Of a DNA stretch of 64,000 nucleotides, positions 56,909 through 64,000 are shown one piece after another (the stretch's first letter is position 1; each line of letters starts with the position of its first letter). The stretch lies in the sequence record LC788705.1; one strand, written 5' to 3'. The notes beneath the pieces were generated by a model. It was not told the origin of the DNA and made no database searches. It saw nothing but the letters and a program-made list of their open reading frames with translations. This stretch comes from Escherichia coli phage NG_A1. Position numbers and translations under genes: made by a program.

Positions 56909-57184
56909 TTACTCCACCAGGCCAACAGCAAGCATATCATCAATGCTGGCAATCTCCCAATCGTCAGCAATAGCTTCGCATACTGTTAACGTAACAACCT
57001 CACTATAGGGATAATTACCAGCTACCCAGGTATGTTGGGTAACTACATCTGAGTCAGCGTCTAAAGTTAGTAACACTAAGCCATTATTGTCATTATCCCA
57101 GCTTCTACGATATAGAGTTTTTACTTCCCCATCTTTAAGCAAATCTGTTAGCTTACTCACGGCGTTTTCCTTTTTCTTTATCAA
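56909..57184 (-). CDS. Hypothetical early protein (91 aa)
   Basis: ORF track. Confidence 0.45.
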   Translation of the reverse strand: MIKKKENAVSKLTDLLKDGEVKTLYRRSWDNDNNGLVLLTLDADSDVVTQHTWVAGNYPYSEVVTLTVCEAIADDWEIASIDDMLAVGLVE

Positions 57185-57857
57185 GTTTCAGGGCAGCCTT
57201 AGCAGCTTCGTTAATCAACGTAATAATTTCTTCACGAGTCCACTTATATCCTAGAGATTTTACGTCTACCCCTAACTTTTCCAGATGTTTAACAGAAGCC
57301 AGCTCGTAATTCATATAATGAACGTTCTGTTGTTTGCCTTCTGATAGAAGCCATACACGGTAACAACCAACAGGGTTATCCATTGCTTTTTTGATTTCAC
57401 CGATACACTGGTATCCAGGAACCCAAACAAGCTCACCAACTGCAAATTCTTCTGCTACAGCATCATCAGGAATAATTGGAGGATTCAATGGATCTACAAT
57501 ATCATTCAAACGAAGCAGAGCACCATATCGTTCCAGAACAGATTTAACCATTGCTACAGAGCGGTAATTACGATCGGCAATCTCTTCGAAAGAATCACCA
57601 GATAAATACTGCTCAATAACGTTAGCTAACTCAATGCCTTCAATGAGTGTGCCACGTTTCTTTTTCTTCATTTCGGCAACTTGAATCTGGCGGTCTTGCC
57701 ATTCTTCAATCATCCTTTCCATAGTTGTGTTGGATGATACGCCAAGCATTTCACATGCTGCTTTCTTAGTACCACCGTTCTCTAGATGCTCTATAACTTT
57801 TTTAAAGACTTCATCAGGGATTTCATGGATATGTTTCTTTCTGCGAGAACCAGCCAT
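57153..57857 (-). CDS. Putative HTH DNA-binding/regulatory protein, first gene downstream of the PN25-type promoter (234 aa)
   Basis: N-terminal HTH-like KKAACEMLGVSSNTTMERMIEEW; GAGGAG RBS. Confidence 0.5.
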   Translation of the reverse strand: MAGSRRKKHIHEIPDEVFKKVIEHLENGGTKKAACEMLGVSSNTTMERMIEEWQDRQIQVAEMKKKKRGTLIEGIELANVIEQYLSGDSFEEIADRNYRSVAMVKSVLERYGALLRLNDIVDPLNPPIIPDDAVAEEFAVGELVWVPGYQCIGEIKKAMDNPVGCYRVWLLSEGKQQNVHYMNYELASVKHLEKLGVDVKSLGYKWTREEIITLINEAAKAALKLDKEKGKRRE

Positions 57858-57888
57858 ATTTAAACTCCTCTCTCAAATTTATGAATCT

Positions 57889-57917
57889 ATTATACAGAAA
57901 AATTTTCCTGAAAGCAA
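57889..57917 (-). promoter_or_regulatory. T5 PN25-type early promoter
   Basis: Minus strand reads AAATTTATTTGCTTTCAGGAAAATTTTTCTGTATAATAGATTCATAAATTTGAGAGAGGAGTT, matching the classical T5 PN25 sequence as I recall it. Confidence 0.85.
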
Positions 57918-57925
57918 ATAAATTT

Positions 57926-58384
57926 TTAATTTGGATAGAGTTCGGACTTAAAATTAGCCCTAACTTTTTTAGCCTCTTCTATAGTATTGCACTGCTGGTA
58001 CTTACGAATAGACCCTTTCTGCATTAGCACACAGTATTTATCGCCCCTCATGTAGATATTAGGCTCGCCCAACTTATTGTCTTTACGTACATTAATATTG
58101 TGCATTTGCTTAGATCTATTGGAGTCTTCTAAATTCTCTATAAAGTTGCAATCTTTAATCCTGTTTTTGTGGTCTATCTCTTCTGGTATATACCCCTTAT
58201 GATATAAGAATACCAGCTGATGCTCTCCCCAGTGCCTACGCTTAAACCCTATTCTTATATACCCTTTATGTTTACCCCCGGCAAACTTACCTACTAGACT
58301 CTTCTGTCTTGTTTTCTTCCATTTAAGATGGCCTGTTTCAGGATCATACTCAAAAGCCTCCCTAACCTCTTCCTGTGTTATCAT
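57926..58384 (-). CDS. HNH homing endonuclease with AP2-like domain (152 aa)
   Basis: HNH_3 motif IDHKNRIKDCNFIENL; paralogue of the HNH at 50566..51087. Confidence 0.7.
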   Translation of the reverse strand: MITQEEVREAFEYDPETGHLKWKKTRQKSLVGKFAGGKHKGYIRIGFKRRHWGEHQLVFLYHKGYIPEEIDHKNRIKDCNFIENLEDSNRSKQMHNINVRKDNKLGEPNIYMRGDKYCVLMQKGSIRKYQQCNTIEEAKKVRANFKSELYPN

Positions 58385-58613
58385 TTTCTTTAATCAATTC
58401 TCCCAATTCTCTATAGATTTGATCTAACTCAAAAGATATACGTAATGATATACTTTGCTTTCTCTGCTTTAGCAACCATGCGCCTATACCATTTATGGAT
58501 GCTAGTCTAGCAGGAACCACCCTACATAGCTTTTCCGAAGTATCATAAACAGGAACTTTACGTTCTTTTACTGGAAACTTCCTTGTTTCCCATTTTTTAT
58601 TCTTCACTGTCAT
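58362..58613 (-). CDS. Hypothetical small basic protein (83 aa from ATG)
   Basis: Track ORF 58362..58622 starts at GTG; basic; overlaps neighbours; weak support. Confidence 0.3.
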   Translation of the reverse strand: MTVKNKKWETRKFPVKERKVPVYDTSEKLCRVVPARLASINGIGAWLLKQRKQSISLRISFELDQIYRELGELIKENDNTGRG

Positions 58614-61386
58614 TTCTAGCACCTAGCTCTGACATTGCTTCATCGTGCATATGTTTTTCCTCGTCAGTCATGAACTTATAAGGAATCGGCATACATTCGA
58701 TTTTACAATAGGTTCTGTACCAGTCTACTATATTTTCAGTGTTCATATCCTTACCAATACCCATCATACCAAGATACATTCTTGCATATTTTGGATTAGC
58801 ACTCTGACCTGTTTTAAGGAAGAAGTCCTTCTTCTTACCTTTCAGAGCTTCTATGAATGGTTTAATGGTCACATTTGAACACTTCTTAATATCTTCCCAG
58901 AACATCTCGTGCATCTTATGAAAGAATGCAGCTCGATCATTTGGTTTATCTTTGATATATTGTTCAACATGCTCAACTGTTACATCTTTAATAGACTCAA
59001 GATGATAATAGCGAACAAGAAGTAGTTTAGCTTCATACGCATCTGCATGACGTGGGGCACAGTAATCCGGAGTTGAATGTAGGATAGCTTTGATTCGCTC
59101 TTCTGTATATTCTTTGCCTGCACCTTCGATAGTTCCCCAGCTTTCACTGAAAATATCAATAGTTGCACCCTGATCAAGCAAGTAATAACGTAAGGTACTA
59201 GTATAGTTCCTAGATTCCAGCTCCCTACGACGTGCGTATAATTGCTGTGCTAACTCCAGCCAACCCTCATCAATATTATATTGTTCAGAACCTGCGGAGA
59301 ATCCACTCGTAGATTTATCAATAAAGTAATAAATGTTCTGAGCACCACGGTCGCGCCTGATTGCTTGGAAACGCATGTTTGGCGCTTGGTTGCTGGTTCT
59401 AGTAATAACGAATACGTTATCAAAATAGTTGAAGTCAACGCCACTTGTTACGGATGGACTACATAATAAGCAATCAATTTGTTGGTCAATTAGCTCATTA
59501 GTTGTGTAATCCAGAATACGTCGAATATCTACATCGGATGTAGAATTTGAGTGGATTTCCTTAACTAACGCACCCGTATTACGACGCAATGCCATGCCCT
59601 TCTCATTCAGTTCATCCGGTCCACAGTCAGATACTAGGATAGATTTCTCACCCATCTCTAGAGAAGTCTGAAGTGCAACCCAAATACTGGATTCATCAGG
59701 GAACTCATAAGCATGAGCTTTTGACAGCATTTTACGGTGATGATTATAAAATGCAACTGGTTTATCAAACTCAATCAAAGAACCATATGCTTCAATTGTT
59801 TCTGCACTAATATCCCCATCAGATAATATAATGATTTTTGCAGTTGCAAGAATATCCCGAAGAACCTGAATACATTCACGACGTTGTTTAACAACCGGGG
59901 CGAATAATAGGTCGTTCATTACTGCATCACATTCATCGATAAAGATTGCATCAATTTGACCAATAAAACTCTTGAACTTATGCAAAGAGTGAATAGTTGT
60001 GGACATACGGTCAATAGCACCACGCTTAAAATTAAGCATATCTACAGACTTATCGTATTGTCCTGCACTAAATTTCTTAGCATTTGAAGATACCAGTGCT
60101 CTAGTATTGGTAATTGCTAAAAAATTACCTTTAATAACTCCTGAATCTAACCAACGCACAACCGCCGTGGTTTTACCTGTGCCTAAACTCGCTTTTACAA
60201 AAGTCATATAACCTTCTGGTGGCACAGTATTTAGTTTCAAGAAATTATCAGTTTCTAGAGAATTAGTTTCTAGCTTTTTAAGTGGAATACCTTTTAAAAT
60301 ATCGGGTATATCGCGTTTAGAATTATTAACAAACGCTTTCAGAGCCTGCTTACGACCGTTATTAAAATAATCTTGAATATTACGACTGTTATCTTTAGTT
60401 GCGATATATTCTGATAAGGCTGGACGGATTTCTTTTTCTAGCCATGCAAAATCAACACCATCCTCTAATGCTCTATGGTATAGTTTGGGGATAATACGCA
60501 AGTACACCCCATCCTCAGCTTCTTCTAGTTCGCTGATAGTTTCCTCTACTTTATCAGAGGCAGCTTTTTTACCTTTAATTTGATCGAGTAAAGAGTAAAA
60601 CTCCTCCTTAAACTCACCTCTAGTTGTTTCATAGTCAACCAGATTATTTGGTAAATTTACTTTAGAACCTTTAACAAATACCAGACGTGAAGCACCCTCC
60701 GCTTTAAACGGATCTACTATACCATCGGTAAATAACGGATCTGCAAAATAATGGAGCTGTACGGAAGAGTAATAAGCTAAGTCGGCAATATCAAAGCCGT
60801 ACTTTTGTCTACTACTTTCATTGATAGATGTAAATAAGAATTTGATTTGACCCTGAGTTACTTTAACATTAGATTCTAGTATTAAGTGCATTCGGATACC
60901 TGGTTTTAGCCCAGCCGAAGACGATGCATGAGCGATAAACCCTGCATCAAGAGGAAACATATCCTCACTAATACTATTTAACATCCTAATAATATGTCGA
61001 GCCATGCCAACAAGATCAAACTTGTTACAACCACCTGTATCTACAATACCATCCACGTCCATTGCAATTATATGACTTGGGTTAGATACATTAAAGTTGC
61101 CCTTCTTACGTCGCACATTATTTTTAGGTGCAAGACATCGACCTCGTACCGCAACGATATGAGGGTCAGACGTTAAACGTCTCATAAGAGGAAGCATTTC
61201 TACTAGGGTTTGAGGATCAACTTCATCAATTACATCAAACTTGAAGGGCATTGAGGCTGGTTTACCTTCAGGATGCTTTGAGGAAAATCTTTTAGCAAAA
61301 AGATAGTCTTCTGCTTTAACTTCTCGCCAATTGCCTGTGGCTAAATCGCGATGAAATCCTGCATGACCTTGTAGGATTGAGAACAT
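58597..61386 (-). CDS. Putative SF2 replication helicase/ATPase (929 aa from the RBS-supported ATG)
   Basis: Walker A SLGTGKTT, Walker B IFIDECD, motif VI-like QAIRRDRGA; AGGAG RBS before ATG at 61386. Confidence 0.55.
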   Translation of the reverse strand: MFSILQGHAGFHRDLATGNWREVKAEDYLFAKRFSSKHPEGKPASMPFKFDVIDEVDPQTLVEMLPLMRRLTSDPHIVAVRGRCLAPKNNVRRKKGNFNVSNPSHIIAMDVDGIVDTGGCNKFDLVGMARHIIRMLNSISEDMFPLDAGFIAHASSSAGLKPGIRMHLILESNVKVTQGQIKFLFTSINESSRQKYGFDIADLAYYSSVQLHYFADPLFTDGIVDPFKAEGASRLVFVKGSKVNLPNNLVDYETTRGEFKEEFYSLLDQIKGKKAASDKVEETISELEEAEDGVYLRIIPKLYHRALEDGVDFAWLEKEIRPALSEYIATKDNSRNIQDYFNNGRKQALKAFVNNSKRDIPDILKGIPLKKLETNSLETDNFLKLNTVPPEGYMTFVKASLGTGKTTAVVRWLDSGVIKGNFLAITNTRALVSSNAKKFSAGQYDKSVDMLNFKRGAIDRMSTTIHSLHKFKSFIGQIDAIFIDECDAVMNDLLFAPVVKQRRECIQVLRDILATAKIIILSDGDISAETIEAYGSLIEFDKPVAFYNHHRKMLSKAHAYEFPDESSIWVALQTSLEMGEKSILVSDCGPDELNEKGMALRRNTGALVKEIHSNSTSDVDIRRILDYTTNELIDQQIDCLLCSPSVTSGVDFNYFDNVFVITRTSNQAPNMRFQAIRRDRGAQNIYYFIDKSTSGFSAGSEQYNIDEGWLELAQQLYARRRELESRNYTSTLRYYLLDQGATIDIFSESWGTIEGAGKEYTEERIKAILHSTPDYCAPRHADAYEAKLLLVRYYHLESIKDVTVEHVEQYIKDKPNDRAAFFHKMHEMFWEDIKKCSNVTIKPFIEALKGKKKDFFLKTGQSANPKYARMYLGMMGIGKDMNTENIVDWYRTYCKIECMPIPYKFMTDEEKHMHDEAMSELGARNDSEE

Positions 61387-61885
61387 AACAATACTCCTGT
61401 GTTGGAAATAAAATAAGTTTTCTTTAGGACTATTCAGAAAGAATAGAACAACTGTTACTGTCAATTTCTCAACAAATTAATCGCAAATACTGAAGTGGGG
61501 TGGCAACTTCCACTTTCACGCTGCGCTGCTGCTTTGCTATATCGCACAAATCCTTGAGGATGGCCGCTAAGCCAGATTTGCTCACCTAATGCTTCATATA
61601 CTAGCTCATACTAGATGCAATATAACTTACAGAATCACGTCTCGGAGTTTTTCACTCCTCCCATCTCACTTCACAACCACCTCATACTAGGTTGCTTCGA
61701 GGCCTTACCAGGGTTCCTATGGGACGCAGATCGCTAAGTATTCTATTAACTATTTGTTTAAAAACTAACACGTAACAGTTAAAACAACCCTTAATGGGGC
61801 AGCCTAACTGTTCCGTATCGCGGATTGTAAACAAGAAAAATTAGCAAAATCAATTTTTACTAATGTCTCTCAATTCAATATAAAT

Positions 61886-61914
61886 ATTATATCAAGATTT
61901 TGGGCATCCTGCAA
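61886..61914 (-). promoter_or_regulatory. Early sigma70-type promoter (TTGCAG-N17-TATAAT)
   Basis: -35 at 61909-61914, -10 at 61886-61891 on the minus strand; ~500 nt upstream of the next start. Confidence 0.5.
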
Positions 61915-62005
61915 GTAAAATTTTCCGGATGGTGCTATCATTGGTCTTGAGTACGGATAAAACCGAGCCAAAATGACTCGGTAATCAGAGTTCAGCTAAT
62001 AAAAA

Positions 62006-62398
62006 TCATTCATCATTTAAGCCTGGAACATAAATCCCAACACGGTTTAATTGTTCTTTAGCTTCTTTGAGAATATCTGGAGTGTACTCCCAAATATCAT
62101 CTTCCACCTGTAAAAGATGGGGCGAACAACCATCATCCGACACACGACATATGGCCAAACCACGTGGGTGGAACAAAGAGAAATTTAGGGCAACAATTAA
62201 ACCCATAGCAGACAACTCATTCCAATCCAACTCCCATTCCCCCGCGTAGCCGGATAGGAAAACACCAACACAGGGATCATCTATTTGCTGCTCCGGAAAA
62301 GTGAAGGAGGCTTGTCTTACCCCCAACCAACGTTGCAGCAGCTTCTCCCCACGTTTCACCAAACTAGGATCAATCTGACGCCAATATACTTGTTCCAT
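62006..62398 (-). CDS. Hypothetical protein, tandem paralogue A (130 aa)
   Basis: Shares DDPCVGVFL...MGLIVALNFSLFHP...YVPGLN blocks with the adjacent 142-aa ORF. Confidence 0.5.
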   Translation of the reverse strand: MEQVYWRQIDPSLVKRGEKLLQRWLGVRQASFTFPEQQIDDPCVGVFLSGYAGEWELDWNELSAMGLIVALNFSLFHPRGLAICRVSDDGCSPHLLQVEDDIWEYTPDILKEAKEQLNRVGIYVPGLNDE

Positions 62399-62407
62399 TC
62401 TGCCTCC

Positions 62408-62836
62408 TTAAGCAGTTAAACCTGGGATCATATACCCGAAACGTCGAAGTTTCTGAATCCCCTCATTTACTTCTTCCGGTGAGTAAGACCAACCATAACG
62501 TTCATTAACCTGAAAACCAGGAGATTCACTAGTTTTATAGTTAACAACAAGGCGATGCTTAGCAGGCATAAACAGCTTATAATTTAACGCAAAAACTAAG
62601 CCCATTTCGTCTAACTCTTTCCAGCCCACAATCTCTTCAAGACCCTCCTCTACCTGCACAATTAAACCAATACAGGGAGCCTCATCAATATCATCTTTAA
62701 AAGCAAAGGAGATTTCGTTATTCTCACACCATATTTTCAAAGAGTTAATAGCCTCATTATACAGGCTAGCTGGGAGAGTACGCCAAAAGTTAGCCAAAAT
62801 TGGGTTAGCTTTTTTAGAGAATACATTATTGAACAT
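62408..62836 (-). CDS. Hypothetical protein, tandem paralogue B (142 aa)
   Basis: Alignable with 62006..62398 across the core. Confidence 0.5.
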   Translation of the reverse strand: MFNNVFSKKANPILANFWRTLPASLYNEAINSLKIWCENNEISFAFKDDIDEAPCIGLIVQVEEGLEEIVGWKELDEMGLVFALNYKLFMPAKHRLVVNYKTSESPGFQVNERYGWSYSPEEVNEGIQKLRRFGYMIPGLTA

Positions 62837-62838
62837 AT

Positions 62839-63345
62839 TTACACCTTAAATTGTTGCAAGGATTTACACATTTCAAGATCTGGGCTAAATTCTAGCATAT
62901 AGCTAACAGCTTTTAAATCTTGAAGATTTATCCCAGTCCTACCATTGACTATAACCGTTGGATACTGGTACATCATAGCACCAGCGTCATCCAGAACACA
63001 CCAATGTTTGAGCTTATGCTTTTCAACGAAGCGAAGAACAGAATTACCCCTAGATAATCCACCCCCAGTAAAATCCGTTGTACCAAGAAAACGATCGATA
63101 AGACCTAATCCGGTCATAATCTGAACGTTCTCCATCTCATTCCTGACAGAGAACCATGAGGATACTCCAACAATCATTATCGGAGAAGGACGAATAAAGT
63201 CCTGAAAAGCCTTGAGAAGCGGTTTGAAAACCCAATCACTTCCAAAGAAAATCTTTTCGTCATCAGGTGCATGATGGTGGGAGATGCTCGAATTGAGCAC
63301 CCCATCAATATCTAGAAAAATAATTGGAGTATTACTTATTTCCAT
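62839..63345 (-). CDS. HAD-like phosphatase (168 aa)
   Basis: N-terminal motif IIFLDIDGVLNS (DxDGV). Confidence 0.55.
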   Translation of the reverse strand: MEISNTPIIFLDIDGVLNSSISHHHAPDDEKIFFGSDWVFKPLLKAFQDFIRPSPIMIVGVSSWFSVRNEMENVQIMTGLGLIDRFLGTTDFTGGGLSRGNSVLRFVEKHKLKHWCVLDDAGAMMYQYPTVIVNGRTGINLQDLKAVSYMLEFSPDLEMCKSLQQFKV

Positions 63346-63541
63346 TTTTGTTCCTTTCTAAGAACCTATCATACTCAACCGTATCAACATATATAACACC
63401 ATAGTCATCGGATTTATAGTCCATCTCCCACAGCTCACAGCGATAGCACCAACTACCATCCGCCCATACAAATATATCATCGGGGTGTGTATACACAGAT
63501 TTAACTATGGACATACCTGTTTCCCTTGCTTCTCGACACAT
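63332..63541 (-). CDS. Hypothetical small protein (69 aa)
   Basis: ORF track; overlaps both neighbours. Confidence 0.35.
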   Translation of the reverse strand: MCREARETGMSIVKSVYTHPDDIFVWADGSWCYRCELWEMDYKSDDYGVIYVDTVEYDRFLERNKNGNK

Positions 63542-63845
63542 AAGGTCTACCCTCTAAATGAGCTTCTACACGAGCAATAAAATCAGGATCACTAAAAGCA
63601 TCTACCGCACCTTTACTCCAGTAAGGGACACCACGTTCTTCCAGCTGGTACATCTCACTACGAGTCATACCTTGATAGCCCGGTTCCGCCGCGAGGGCAC
63701 TATCATAGTAGTTAACTACCATAAATTTCGCAGCAGTCCTATTAAGAACAGGAAATAATTCCCAGTAGAAGTTAATTACTTGGTTAGAGCAACCAACCAC
63801 AATGATCATATCTTGACTGGTAATACCATCAAAAACATTATACAT
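63501..63845 (-). CDS. Hypothetical early protein (114 aa)
   Basis: ORF track. Confidence 0.4.
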   Translation of the reverse strand: MYNVFDGITSQDMIIVVGCSNQVINFYWELFPVLNRTAAKFMVVNYYDSALAAEPGYQGMTRSEMYQLEERGVPYWSKGAVDAFSDPDFIARVEAHLEGRPYVSRSKGNRYVHS

Positions 63846-64000
63846 TTCTGCGTATGCAGGAGCATGCTCTCCAAAGAAGATTACATTAGGTTTAACCCAT
63901 TTATAATCATCTGGATCAATAGAATTGTATCCTACATCAATAATCCGTTTATTGCTACTATTGTAGCTATCAGCTACAACAACCTCTTTTAAATATCCGT

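Noticed and set aside
61460-62000. tRNA gene in the long non-coding interval
   Set aside because: No T-arm (GTTCRANYC) or cloverleaf-compatible arrangement found by eye on either strand; would need tRNAscan-SE to exclude fully.
1-64000. Bacterial defence system (restriction-modification, CRISPR-Cas, toxin-antitoxin, retron and so on)
   Set aside because: Every large ORF is accounted for by phage structural or replication functions; no methyltransferase, Cas, reverse transcriptase or recognisable toxin-antitoxin pair was seen. The small unknown pre-early genes are flagged as candidates instead.

Overview
This window reads as a contiguous segment of a T5-like (Tequintavirus-type, Demerecviridae) coliphage genome, most likely in reverse-complement orientation relative to the conventional T5 map. 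All identifications are from reading the translated ORFs and DNA motifs; no database search was run, and T5 protein sizes and names are quoted from memory. Layout: (i) ~1-10,550, a pre-early/terminal-repeat-like module: palindromic and tandem repeats, two ~120-bp inverted repeats carrying DnaA boxes that flank a ~4-kb minus-strand operon of small overlapping genes, then plus-strand genes including an HNH endonuclease, an A2-like protein, the 556-aa A1 metallophosphoesterase and a HAD-type dmp nucleotidase; (ii) ~10,590-39,240, the late module: llp lipoprotein divergent from a pb5-like receptor-binding protein, terminase, a homing-endonuclease pair, portal, decoration protein, prohead protease, major capsid, tail tube, tape measure, pb9/pb3/pb4-like tail tip proteins and a multi-gene tail-fibre locus; (iii) ~39,300-64,000 on the minus strand, the early replication/recombination module: dUTPase, flap endonuclease, SbcCD-like nuclease, helicases, family-A DNA polymerase, primase, DnaB-like helicase, a split NAD-dependent ligase, a PC4-like protein, HNH endonucleases, all driven by TTGCTT-N17-TATAAT promoters, one matching the classical T5 PN25 promoter as I recall it. 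I did not find a clear novel defence system. The most interesting signals are the inverted-repeat/DnaA-box-flanked cassette, two apparent frameshifted genes, an HNH gene that duplicates the primase 5' end, a split ligase with an internal promoter, and two related ~40-bp elements ~10 kb apart that may mark terminal-repeat boundaries.
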